64,000 nucleotides of DNA. Source: Paraspadella gotoi. Lineage: Eukaryota > Animalia > Chaetognatha. The DNA lies in the NCBI GenBank assembly GCA_051294375.1, contig CM119271.1, positions 12,335,235-12,399,234 on the forward strand, written 5' to 3'. The position numbers and the translations under genes are program-made. Under the pieces are notes generated by a model. It worked only from the letters and a program-made list of their open reading frames with translations, had not been told where the DNA came from and did not search any database. This document shows, piece after piece, positions 12,668 to 26,500 of the stretch; the first letter of the stretch is position 1, and every line of letters starts with the position of its first letter.

Positions 12668-15357
12668 GCTAATATTAAATTTAATGATAAAGGAATAAAA
12701 ATGGGTTGCTTTGGAAAAAGAGAGACGACGACGACGACGACGACGACGACGACCATTTCTTTCCCGAATCCAGGACGAACTCGATGCCAAAGACTCGAGC
12801 TTCTCCGATCAAATTGTCGGTCAACCGAAGACCGACTTCGACTCTTGGATGTCGGCTCATCGAGTCGGCCTCGTAGAGATGGAGCCCGTCAAGCGGATCG
12901 CCCAGGTGAGTCCGTCTTGCGGCGGAGAGAAAGAATAAAGAATAAAGCTGAACTCTAACGATTATCAGGATTTGGCGCCGAAAATTTTAACCAATGACGA
13001 GGAAGAGGAGTCTGCCGCCGCCTCCGTCGGCTACATTCCTTGGTAAGTTTATTTCTTTTCAGTCGGTCAGTCTGTCGGTCGGTCGGTAGGTATGTCTGTC
13101 CATTGGTTTCTTATTCGTTAAAACTATTCATAACTTAATTTAATTCTTATTTAGTACGAAAGTGAGGTATCATGAGACCTTTAAGGTGCATAGTGCATAT
13201 TTAAATAAATTATAAATAAATTATAAAAAGAATGCAAGATCGAATGGCAATGAAAGAATTCTACTGTGGGCGCAACACCCTTGAATTACCGTTCTTGTTA
13301 TCTATATTTACTATTATTAATTATTAATTATTTTACCAAAAAAAAATCAAATAAATTTATAATTAACCTCTTCTTTTGATATCAGGGCTGTCTCGTCATT
13401 GTTCGACTTGATGGACGTCGACAACGACGACGACGACAACGACGGCGTCGACCTTCGCGATCACAATAACAACAATAACAACAACAACAATAACAACAAT
13501 AACAACAATATGAGCATTACTTTACCCGGGTATCGCGACCAAAGCCAATGGCACACGCGAGGCCACGATTATGCTTTTAACACCTCCAACAACGCCGACC
13601 CTCAGGCCCGGTTCAAGAATTTCGCCTCTGGAATGGGTGAGTAGAGGCCCGGTTCGAGCATTTCAACCTTAAGACTAGCAGCTAATAGGCCCGGTTCGAG
13701 CATTTAACCCTTAGACTAAGAGCAATCAGGCCTATCATGAGTTCAGGTCCCGTTATAGCATTTCGCTTCCGAGTTGTGTGAATGAAAGTTCATTAGGCCC
13801 GTTTTAAGCATTTCGGACTTAATAAGTTCATGGTTTATTAGCCAATTCTAATCTGTTTAAAGGCGTTTTGGATAATTGACAAAGTTTGAAAAGTGAAAAG
13901 AAAGTTTGCAATAAAGAGAGACTGTATTAATTCTAAATTGTAAACATAATAATTAATGTTAAACAAAATATTAACCATTTTCCACTGGTCGCCGTACTTT
14001 TAGACATGCCCCAATTTTATAATCCATAATCCAAACAGGCATGTACCAGCCCAGCGCCATCATGGCCTCCGCCGAGCGTCAACCTCCTTTCGAACGCTAC
14101 CAGAATCCCAAGACTCCGCAATGCAAGGTCGGGGGCGGGCCTGCCGGGGCGCCGGCGGCGGTGGAGGGCGGCGCTTGGTCCAGGCTGCCTGCTACGAGAG
14201 CCGGCGTTCCTTGGAGCGCGAAGAAGCAGAGGCAGCCGTGTCTCAAATCCATCAATCAAGAGCCTTACCAAGTGCTGCGGCCCAGCGGACACTGGGTACA
14301 CGGAACGCTGCAACAGCAGCCTTCGAACAAGCAGGTCGAGACTCCGCGGGAGGGGTGAAGCCTAAAGGAAGTGATTGATTGGACCGAGTACCGTCTCTCC
14401 GTTTATTCTTTAAATAGACTTGATCAAAAAACTGCGCATGAAACCTCATACGAAATTATTTCTCTTAAGTTCAAGCGTTATCTTTAGTAAGATTAGATTA
14501 GATTAGATTATATTATATTAGATTATCTTTAGTAAGATTAGATTTCTTAAGATTAGATCTCTTAAGTTCAATTGTTATCTTTAGATCATGAGATCATTAG
14601 ATTAGATTAGATTAGATCATTAATTCTTCTCCAGCTTTTTCTACTTTTCTACTCTCTCCTTTTTTCTCTCTTCATCTGTATTTACTCTCTCTCGTATTTA
14701 CGACTTACTCAGTCTTAAAAAAATACTTTTCCTTCCAAACTTACCTTTCGATCTCTCACCCACCGCGCAGGCGCAAGCGACTCGAGAAGATCCTTTCCCT
14801 CGCTACATACCCAAAGTACAGAAGTGCAGCGCTCGACCAGAATATCGAAAGAAGACGACCGACCAAGGAGTTGCGTCGTCGTGCAAGAGACCCGCGCCTA
14901 AGAAACGCCCGCTCATTGACATGAACAAGGTGACGAGGAGCAGAGAGAAGGAAGGGAGGCATGGCATGGATACGGTGGGCAACGAGCATGGCAGGGTTAA
15001 GGAATGGAGGGAAGGAAGGGACATGGACAATTGGACATGGATTAGGTTAGAATAAAGGCGACGGGTAAACTTAACTTTTGTTTAATATTAATTTAACTTG
15101 ATTACAAGCAAATTTGGTTGTGTTGTCTTTTTTTTTTAAACGTGAGTCTTTGACCCGAATTTGACTTTGACGATCTCGTTTCGTCTCCAGGTCCGTTGCA
15201 ACTGTCCAGGTCTTTACCCTCAACATCCTTCGCACGGACCTGGAAATTATTGGGACGAGGAAGACGACGACGAAGCGATTTTGGCGGGTGAGGACTCGGG
15301 AGGGTTGAAGACCGGTTCCAACGCGGTTGACTCGTACGGACAGCGTTAGGTTTTTAT

Positions 15358-15388
<31 letters not shown>

Positions 15389-17000
15389 CCCCCAAAGGGA
15401 TGTGCCAGGGCGACGACGAGACCGAGTGTGGGCAGGGAGTGGACACTATCTTCCCGCTGGAGGAATGGGCCGACGAGTGGGAGGACGGCATCACTAGCGG
15501 CGAATGTCTGAGAGGCAGATTGGCTCCCGGTAAGGATTCCATCGCCTATTGTTCATTTGTTTTTCAAGTTAATCTCTTTTTTTTTAAAACTTTTAATGTC
15601 TTTTACTTTCTATTTTGGTTTAGTTATATTCATTTAGACTTACATATTTTTTTTTTATGTTAAGGAACGTTGGAGCTCCGTCCTTGGGAAAACCCTTGTT
15701 TGGAGGAGCTTTTGAAGCGGAAAGCCAGGTTCGCTGCGGGCGCCGTTTTCGGGGGTGGGAAAACAAAAGACATAATAAAGTGAAACTAAAATTTAACTCT
15801 TTTAAATCAAAGGGGGAATGAACGATAACTATTATCTATAAATTTTAATTTTTTTAAAATTAAATTAATTTATTAATCTAATCGCCGTTTCCCCTAAACA
15901 GAATTCAAGATCTCCGTAACAAACGATGGAGCGCGTTGGACAAAGCCCGGAGCGAGGTGGCAAGGCTCAAGGCCGAGGCTGCTGCTCCCAAGGGAGAAGG
16001 TCAGCCGCCTGGGCCGTCGCCCGAGCAGGAACAGGCTGTCAGGGACGCTAAGGATGCTGAGCGAAAGGCCTTCAACGATTTCGGACAAAAGAGTTGGTCT
16101 TTGTGGGGCTGGTTCAGCCCGTCCAACTGGGCGACGGGGAGCGACGCTCAATATTCCAAGACGGTGAGAGGACATGACATGACATGACATGACATGAAAT
16201 GACATGACATGACATGACATGACATGAAATGACATGACATGACATGAAATGAAATGACATGACATGACATGAAATGACATGACCTGAAATGAAATGACAT
16301 GAAATGACATGACTTATGTCGTCCTATGTTCGTTTTGTTTTTCTGTTTTCTTTTGTTATTTGTTTTGTTTATGGTTAATATTTGTTAATATTTGTTTGTT
16401 GTTTTTCGAGAAGTTTTTTTTCATTCGGACAAAAAAAAAAAAAAAACGAAAGAAGGAAAATCTCATAACCTTTTTAATCCTGGTACAATTTCAATTTCAA
16501 TCACATTTATTAAGATTGTCTTGGTCTTTGTCATCCCGATTTCACCGGTACCAGTCGTTTTTAAATAAATCGCTATGAAGCTTTTATCTGACTTAACCAC
16601 TACTAATATCGCCGCAACTGTCACCTTCAATCACCCTGCATCTCCTCGCATCTCCCTGCATCTCCCAAGAACCGGGACAGCATGACCTGCACGGTGCGAA
16701 CCTCCTCGGGTGGAAACACCTGCACGCCCGATCAACGCAAATGCGCGTCGGATCAGTACGGCAGTCGCCAGGCCTGCGCCACAAACGCCTGCAGCAGTAA
16801 CAGCGCCACCGACTCCCGCTTCAGACGCAGCAGGATCGTCACCAGCAACAACAACAACAACGAGACGAGTTCGGCGGCGGCGGCGGCGTCGGCGTCGCTG
16901 GTGGCGACGGGAAAGTGCTAAAGAGGCGGGCCGACTCGGCGCAGTCGCTTCCAAGGTGAGTGAGACAAGGAATGAAAGGTCACCGGTTCGAGCCACGGTA

Positions 17001-17061
<61 letters not shown>

Positions 17062-17274
17062 CTTCTCCTCCTCCTTTCTCTTCTCTCTCTCAGTCGCCCT
17101 CGTCGCCCGGAAGATCTCAATGACTACGAATGGGATAAAAGCGAAGATTCGATCGAAGAATTATAACCGACGAATTCTGGTAAAGAACCGACGATCGAGC
17201 ATCGAGGAGACAAAGAGAAGGATACAGCGATTGCAGATGGAACAGAACAGAAAAGAGAGGATGAGGAAGGTGAG

Positions 17275-17327
<53 letters not shown>

Positions 17328-19788
17328 CAGCGATCAGTTTCTTATTTTCTTGATTCCTCCTAGTTTCGTTTTGCTTTTTCATGATGAGAGAGAGATGGGA
17401 GTAGGTTTGATATTAGAAAAGTGAATTCTCATCGTCAACTACATCCAGGAGAGAGAAGAGAAGGAAGAGCAGCTTCGCCGCGGCGGCGGCGGCGGCGGCG
17501 GCGGCGTCTTCTCCTCCGTCTACGGATTCTTTTCCGGCGGCGGCAGCGGCAGAAGCAACAGCAACAGCACCGGCAGCGGCAACTCCGCAGCCAACAGCAA
17601 TCACAACAACCGCAGCGAAGACGAAGACGACGAAGGCGACATCTTAAGTCAACGTCTCTGCCTCATTGAATCGGAAGACGCCCTCTACAACGACAACAAC
17701 AACGCCGCCAACAGGCAAAAGCTGAAAACAAGCTAATCTTATCAATCCAAAAAAAAATGCATTGATCGGTCGATCAATCAATCAGTCGACGAACTAATTA
17801 TTTACTTGATCGATCGATTAATGGGATTAATCAATTAATAAGATTATTCAATTCAATCGACCAATCACCGAATCAATCAATCAACCATTCACATATCCCC
17901 CACCAGATGCTTCCGCCCCTGCCCTCCTTGTCCCCAAGAGGAGTGTCCCCCGCCTCCCTTCGAATGCCCCTGCAACGACATCAGTTGCCCCAAGAAACTC
18001 TCGCCGAACAAGAAGAACGTAAAGCCGTCGGACGTGTCCTTAGGCGTCGGCGACTTGGAAGTCTCCGTCAACGTGGGGGAAGATCTCAGCATAGAAGGTT
18101 CGAATGGGGCTTGTAGTCGTCGTCGTTATTGTCGTCGTTTTCGTCGTCGTCGTCGGCTAACACCGGTGGCGAATTTATTGGAAGTCGACGCAATGAAATG
18201 AATGTCGTACGACGTAATAAGTGGTTACGAAATGTCGGAGAAAATCTACTATCTATACAGTAAATGAGAATCGATTGCTTTAGATAGGATGAATTCTTAA
18301 CCGATCAATTTCATACGTAACGTTTTATTAATTACGACTAATGTTTAGTTATTTTTTAAACTATTTTTCGCTTCGGGAGAGAAAAAACGATCAGTCGATC
18401 CGGTTTTTTTTTTTTTTTTTGCTGGAAAAGTTAGTTTATTTTTTTACGAGTTCAGTTAAATAAGGGGGCAGCTCTTTATACGAAGAAACTATTTTGCTCG
18501 GAAAAAATAAAAATTAATACTAATTGAAGAAAGCTATAAGAGTGATGGAGTCCGAAGTCCGAATCGAATGAAACAAGTTTAAAATTGATTATCTTCAGTC
18601 AATACATTAATAGATAAATCTATCAATATATAAATCATTTAATCTTTCCCCGCCCCCAGGTATCGACGTGGGCGTTCGAAAGCCCCCGCCCGATCTTTCC
18701 ATGGGCTGCCCTTGCGGCGACGATGACTGCAAGAAAAAAGTCTGCAATCCTCCGCCGAAGCAATGGGGCATTTGCGAGATGCAATACGGTGAGTCGCCAA
18801 TGGCCCAATGGGTCGCCCTTGTGTCATTGTTGGTGACCGTTGATTTCTGGATTTAGAGCAAATGGCCGTCCAAGAGGCTTGCGGGGGCGAGTGCGAGCGG
18901 GACTTTTGTACGCCCGAGGACGAACCGACTCAATGTCCTTGTACGGACGGGAATTGTAAGAACAAAATCGGCGGAGACCGAGGATTTCGATTCGTTTATC
19001 CGCCAAACGATAAGATGAAGTACGATGAGGACGGATGTCCGAAGGAGACGCAGCTAGAGTGTTTCGTCACCCAAAACGGGGAGGTAATGTGGGAGAAAGA
19101 ATGATTAAAAGAGATACAGCTTGAGTATTTCGTCACCCAAAACGGGGAGGTAATAGGGAGAAAGAATGATTAAAAGAGATACAGCTTGAGTATTTCATAT
19201 TTTGGGGAAGTAATAGGGGGAAAAGGGCTGCACAAAAGATACAGCTTAAATATTACGTTGTGGAAGATAATTCGCCGATCCAAAATATAACCCAAAATAT
19301 AGAGATATGGCCGCTTTGATACAGAGAAAGAGAAAAAGGGTGCTTAAAAAAGATACAGCTCAAGTATTACGGCTTTCAAAATAAAAAGGTTTTAGGGGAA
19401 AGAACGAAAAGTGGCTTATAAAAAAGCACTTAAAAAGATATAGCTTTAGAATTACAGGGGAAAAGGGGGAGAACTGCTTAAAGGGGATACAGCTCAAAAC
19501 TGTGAGGTACGTTTAAAAAAAAGGTCCTTTTAAGGAGTGTTTCGCAACCCAAAATGGGAAGGTATCAGAATGGATAACCTCCCTTCATGCATTCTCTATT
19601 CCCCGTCAAACAGGAGCCACCTCAGGTGGTATGCAAACCCGTTGGTGGAGTGAAGCTCTTCTGCACCACCAAGGTAGTCCCGCCCTGCCCTTGTCCCGAG
19701 TTGGAGCGGATGGAGCTGGACTCTTGCGACTGCATGGGGAACGCGTGGGGCGAAGAGCTTGACGATGAGGTAGAGAGAGAGCAAAGAG

Positions 19789-19875
<87 letters not shown>

Positions 19876-20551
19876 AGAGAGAGAGAGAACGAAGAAATTT
19901 CAAATAATATAAAGCAAATAACATTAATAAACAATTAAATGATTGATCGAATGGATAAAGTAATATAAATAAAAAGATACAAGAATTGATTAAAAAATAA
20001 ATAAATAGATCAATTTATTGTTTCAATGCTTAAAAGGAGTTTCGTATGTATACCTTTTTCAAGTAATCACTGTAATGACTGAACAAATAAATAAAAGAAT
20101 GACTGAATAAATGAACGAATGAATGAACAAAGGAACAAATGAATGAATGAATGAGTGTATAAAACTCTTACCAACCTACTCAACCGAAACTTTAACGATA
20201 ACCTTCAACTTGACAACCGGTTTCCTCACAAACGGGTTTTTCGTCCTTCTCCCCTTTATCCAATTGTTTTTTTCTTTTTTCCAATAAATTTATTTGTCGC
20301 CTTTAAAAAAAAAAATAATGAAACTATGAAGTCCAACGCGAGCGGGAAAATCTTTCTGGGTCATTTTTGCCGCGATGTTCCCTTTTGGGACGACGAGGTT
20401 TCCTGGAAGACATGGAATCCCGATCTGACGCCATGTTTTCTCGACGTGGTCCCGGCATGGATTCCATGCATCTACCTTCTCTTCGCTTTGATGATTCGAA
20501 GGCCCAACATTTTTGGTTTCATTTCGAGAAAAAAGGAGAAACAGCGAACTA

Positions 20552-20591
<40 letters not shown>

Positions 20592-23500
20592 TATGAAACA
20601 CCAAAGACGGATAAACTCGGCCCAACTCTGTCTCTGTCTCGTTTTCGTCAGTATCGTCGTAACGAAATTGATTTTGCGCGTCACGATGGCTCTTTCCTCG
20701 TCGTCGTCGTCGTCGTCGTCGTCTCACCGATTTTCCCGCCATTTCTCTTTCTCCGTCGCTTTCGTCGTTGACGAGACGATCGCGTTGACTTCATCCATCT
20801 TGGCGACGATGTTGGCCGACGCCCAGCGCCGCCACGCCCACTACGCTACTTCCGCCACCTCTCTCACGTTTTGGACGCTCGTCTTTTGTCTTCATTTGTT
20901 ACGAGTTCAACATCACGCGAGGAACGATGAAGGTGAAACTCACGGTCCTCGTGAGTTGAGTGATTCGTTGGCCTTCGGTGATTATTTTTCGGCCGTCGTC
21001 TCTTTGGCTCTGATTCTCACCAACTGTTTGAGAAGCGTCGGTCTTAAAGGGAGCGACTACGACCGAGCCTGCGCCTTTTCGAGATGGACATTTTTCTGGA
21101 TCGTTCCGACTTTGATGAAAGGAGCGAAAGAGGATCTGGACATGTCCGATTTGGACCCTTTGCCGGACGAATACGCGACGAAGACTCTGTTGAAGAATTA
21201 CGAGAAGAGGTCAAGGTCGAGTGGGGAGATTGGGAGAAATTCATCGTCCCCTGTTTTAAGTCTGATTCGATGTTACCAAATGGAATTGATATTACTTTGC
21301 GCCGTGAGAATCTTTTACACTTTGATTCAATTGATAAAACCTTTGAGTCTCGGTTGGATCATCGATCGACTTTCGAATCGAGATGGAAAAATCCATGACG
21401 ACGACCAATGGAAAATTTCTTTTTTCTTTTTTATTATTTTTTTCCTTTCGATCCTCGAATGTTTCTTCGCTTGGAATTTCTGGTGGTTCATGAATTTTCT
21501 CGCCGTCAAAGTTCAGAATTCGGCGATGATTCTAGTGTTTAGGAAGAGTCTGAGCCTCGATCCCGTCGTGCGCATGCGCTTTACGACCGGGGAAATTGTC
21601 AACTTGATGAGCGTCGACGCGAGGAAATTCTTTACGGGACTGGAAATGCTCGTCGCCGGATTAGTTTATCCTCTGAAATTGATTTTGGTCACCTGGCTTC
21701 TTTACAACCAACTAGGCGCGGCCATCTTCGCCGGTTACGCCGTCTTGATCTTTTGTCTCCCTCTCACGATTTTGGCGGGAAAGAGGATCGTGGGACTTCG
21801 ACGGGAAAACATGATCGTGAAAGACGAAAGAGTCAAGTTGTTGAAGGAACTTTTGTGCGGGATTAAAGTCGTCAAATTCAACGCTTGGGAAAAGTTATTC
21901 GTGGATAAAGTATCGAAAATTCGCGAGAAAGAATTGGAATCTTTGAAACGAGTTTCTTATTGGAAAGCGGCGTTGGAATTTAATTATCGAGCGGCGCCTT
22001 CGTTGGTCAACGTCGTCGCCTTTCTCTTTTTCGTTTTATCCTCGAAGGATAATTTATTGACGCCTAAAAAGGCTTTCGTTTCTCTAGTTCTTTTCGATTT
22101 ATTTCTCGTTCTCATGTGGGGAATTCCTGAGGCGATTTATCAAAACGCTTCGATGTGGATCGCGGGTGGGAGGATCGACGCGTTTTTGAAAGAGGAAGAT
22201 AGAGAGAGAGACGATTATGAGTGTATGGATAGAGATGCGACGGTGAGGATCGAGAAGGCGAGCTTTTCTTGGAACGACAACGACGATAAGATTTGCCTTT
22301 GGGACGTCAGCCTCGATTTAAAACGTGGCGAATCGTTGGCCGTCATCGGCCCCGTGGGTTCGGGAAAATCCACGCTGCTCCTCGCTCTGTTGAGAGAAGT
22401 GAACAAAATTGGAGGACGAATTAATGTGACGAAAAACGTTGCCTACGTCCCTCAGCGACCCTGGATCCAAAACTGTAGCGTTAAAGACAACGTTTTATTC
22501 GGAAAAGACATGGATCCTAAACTGTATCGCGAGGCGTTGAGAGCCTGCGCTCTGGAGCGAGATCTTACGGTCTTTCCGGCCGGAGACGAAACTGAGATCG
22601 GAGAAAGAGGAGTAAATCTCTCTGGCGGACAAAAGATGAGAATATCTTTGGCCAGAGCGATTTACGCCGACGCCGAGTTGTATCTTCTGGACGATCCGCT
22701 CGCCTCGGTGGATCGAAGCGTCGCCGACCACATCTTCGAGAACGTCTTGTCTTTGAGGGGAATGTTGAGAGGGAAGAGTCGCATTCTGGTCACGAACGAT
22801 GCGTCGCGCTTGGTCGATGTGGACAAGCTTTTGTGCTTGCAAGATGGGAGAGTCGTTCGATGCGGAAACGCGAAAGAGTTGATGAGTGAAAATCCGGAAT
22901 TTTCAGCCAAGGATAAAATATTAAATGTGAAGGATAAAGTTGATAAAAAGAGTTTGAACACGAAAGACAAACGATGTTATTCTTCGTTTCAATCGGGAAA
23001 ATTGATCGCCAATGAAACTCCGATTCGTGGCGTCGTTTCGATGGACGTTTTCGTCACTTATTTTAAGAAATTCGGCGGTGGAATGACCCTGGGCTTTGCC
23101 CTTACCTTTTGCGTCAGGCAATTTTTGGAATCATCCGCGAGCGTGAAGCTTTCCCATTGGGTAGACGAATTGACCAATGAGAGTGGAGGAAATATTTCTT
23201 CATCTTTTACAGTCTACGAAAGAAACCAAATCAACTTGATCGTTTACTCTCTTCTCCGTATAATTTCTCCGGCGTTTCTCGGCCTCGCCATGATCTTTCA
23301 CACTCGCGGGGCCATCAACGCCGCACGTCGCCTTCAAGAAGATCTCCTCAAACGGGTCGTCGTTTATCCGATGTCCACCTTCGACACGGTGCCTCTGGGT
23401 CGCATCATGAATCGATTTTCGTCCGACGTGGAAGTCGTCGACTCGACTCTTCCGGAAAAGGTCTTTATCGTCGTGGAGAGCTTCGCGATTACGACCTTCG

Positions 23501-26500
23501 CTCTTCTCGTCATCTCGTGGAAGAAGCCCTCGTTTCTTGCCGTGGTCGCCGTCCTCGTTCTCTGCTGCTCTCCCGTCAAGCGTTTGTACATTGAAGGCAC
23601 CCGTCAGCTTAAGCGGCTCGAGTTTATCTCTAGATCGCCGATATTCTCCGCCTTTCACGAGGCGTTGGACGGGATTTCTATCATAAGGGCCTTTCGTCAA
23701 GAGGTTCGGTTTGAGGAAGAATGCGTCGCTCATATGGACGATAACATGCGACCATCCTTCTTGCTGTGGGGAGCCAATCGATGGATCTCGTTCAACTTGG
23801 GAATTCTTGGCTGTTTTGTTCTTCTTATCTGTTCCCTCTACGTGATTTTATCAAAAACGATATCAGCCGGAGAGGCGGGACTCATAATCAGCTTGGCTTT
23901 GCAAATAACGGAGGCCATTGGCTATTCATTCCGGGAAATCGCCTTCACTGAAAACTTGTTCGTCGCCGTGGAGCGATTAAAGGAATATGCGGGTTGGTCG
24001 ACGGAAGGTTCGTTGGAAAATCAGGATCTGGAGTCGAGTTGGCGACCGAGGATGGGACGCATCAAGTTTGAGAATTACGGCGCGAGCTACAGAAAAAATC
24101 TTGGCTTGGCCCTTGAAGGATTGAACTTTTGCATCGAGGGTGGAAAAAGAGTAGGAGTTGTTGGCAGAACGGGAGCCGGAAAATCCAGTCTGGCTCTGGC
24201 CCTTTTTCGAATCTTCGAAACTACGGAAGGTTGGATCGAGATCGATGGCTGGAAAATAAAAGACATTCCTCTACGGCGACTTCGCTCCAGCTTGTCCATC
24301 ATCCCGCAAGATCCCGTCATATTCTCAGGAACTCTGCGTTGGAATTTGGATCCTTGTAATCGACACGACGATGACGAACTGTGGAGAGTCTTGAGTCTGG
24401 TAAATCTCGATATCTTTGTAGCCGAGACTCGGGATGGTCTGGATACGATCTGCTCCGAGGGCGGGGAGAATCTTTCTCTGGGTCAGCGTCAACTAGTTTG
24501 TCTGGCTCGCGCGATCCTTAGCGACGCTCAAATCCTTGTGTTGGACGAAGCGACGGCGTCGGTGGACGTGGAGACGGATCGCGTCATTCAACGGACGATT
24601 CGTCGCGAGTTTCTTGGTCGGTCGGTCATCACCATCGCGCATCGATTGGACACCGTGATGGATTACGACGTCGTCATCGTCATGGAAGATGGAAAAGTTG
24701 TGGAGTTCGACGATCCGAAAAAATTGATAGAGGATGACAATTCCGCGTTTTATTCTTTGACTAAAAATTTTGAGAGAAAAGAGGAATGAAGTGAGAATTA
24801 ATTTGAGGAGTGGTGTAGAATATTTTTTACTTCGTTTCGAAAACTGATCTTTTGTTTATCCCGCATTCGCGAGAAACCAGTCTTTTCTCTCTCGTCCTAT
24901 TTTTAATTCGGTTCACAGACGATATCCTGCACGTTACCGTTTTTTGCTGCTTCGAATTTAATGCCAAATTCTCTGCTTATTCAACGCCGTTTATTTCGAA
25001 AGTTAAAATGTATATTTTTATGCTTATGTTATCGCCAAATTTCTATAAAGTTCGACGTGTATACCAGGTCCGTCTTAATGGTTTTTAACTCGTTTTTAAT
25101 AAGTTTTTAATGCGTTTATAATTCGAACATTTTATATTAAATCGTTGTATAATCTGTTTCACAGTCCAGCGGCTGCTTTCTCGGATCCCATTCCGACGCT
25201 TTTTGCGATGCTTTACGGCTGCTTTCTCGGATCCCATTCCGACGCTTTTTGCGATGCTTTACGGCTGCTTTCTCGGATCCCATTCCGACGCTTTTTCCGA
25301 TGCTTTACGGCTGCTTTCTCGGATCCCATTCCGACGCTTTTGCGATGTTTTACGGCTGCTTTCTCGGATCCCATTCCGACGCTTTTTCCGATGCTTTACG
25401 GCTGCTTTCTCGGATCTCTTTCCGATGCTTTTTCCGATGCTTTACGGCTGCTTTCTCGGATCCCATTCCGACGCTTTTTGCGATGCTTTACGGCTGCTTT
25501 CTCGGATCCCATTCCGACGCTTTTTCCGATGCTTTACGGCTGCTTTCTCGGATCTCTTTCCGATGCTTTTTCCGATGCTTTTTCCGATGCATTACGGCTG
25601 CCCTTACGATTTTATTACGGGAATTCATTATGGTTCTATACAATTGGATGTTTGCTTATTTTGAACGTTTATACTTCGTTATGTTATGTTATATTACAAC
25701 AATATATGATGCTAAACTGTAAAACACGTCTTCAATGCTTAAAGTCATACAAAGTGAATAGCCCGCACCTAGGTTTAGTAGGAAAACCTAACAAGTGGCA
25801 TTGGCTGGGAAGATGGGTATCTAGCTAAAGGTAGGTTCTAACTAGTCTCTCATCAGGGAAAAGAGGTAAGAAGGGTAAGGAATATATTGGTAATAGGTAA
25901 ATAGCTATAACAAAGGGAACAAGGGTACATAAAAGGGAGAGAAGGGAGAGGGAAGGTTTGCAGACCCGAGACCGAGAGAAGAGTTGAGAGAGTGAGTCCG
26001 ATCTCCAAGACTCTATCCGTGACTCCGGGGATGAAGAGGAGGGGACGACGAAGGGAGGAGAGGAGGAGGAGACGTTGAGGGGGGGAGAGATGATCCGGGG
26101 GGGGGGAGAAAGGCCCTGGTGATAGGGTGAGCATTAGGCTTAGCAAATTTTAAAAAAGTTTTTTACAGAATTTAGCACTATAATACAAATAGTCCCTATA
26201 TGCTACTAATTTTTTTCTATCTTGTTTTTTGAAAAAATCGATCAATAAGTGCTTGCAACTCTTCAAAATTGCAAAAAAACGGTTTTTTCATTAAAAATGA
26301 TAGATATCTTAAAAAATATCAGTCGGAATCAAATTAACCTGCATCCAATTTAAGAGCGGAAAAAAATACTCATTTTAATACTTTATTTTTAAAAACCAAA
26401 AAAATACTTTTCCAATTATTGATGTTTAAAAAACGGGAGTTCTCGGCATTTTTAAGTCACATTTTTTATTTTCCTTTTATAACTTTGAAAATAATATAAA

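Noticed and set aside
16900-17270. In-frame TAA at 16919-16921 (also ~37976, and in a possible microexon at ~9165) suggesting stop-codon reassignment or readthrough
   Set aside because: ABCC (~1487 codons), SLC16 (730) and CEP112 are open under the standard code, and TAA appears to end the 17449 exon. Nearby exons show scattered 1-nt frame breaks, so indel errors are the simpler explanation.
20326-24789. Horizontal transfer as the reason ABCC and SLC16 are intronless
   Set aside because: Both look animal-type (TMD0-bearing MRP1-like N-terminus; long-loop SLC16), and ABCC shares the (GAC)n-derived poly-Asp/Ser tracts of neighbouring genes. No phylogeny was run.
25171-25600. CRISPR-like array or repeat-protein ORFs (25145, 25203, 25249)
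   Set aside because: Head-to-tail 46-bp units with no unique spacers, no cas genes and a eukaryotic context.
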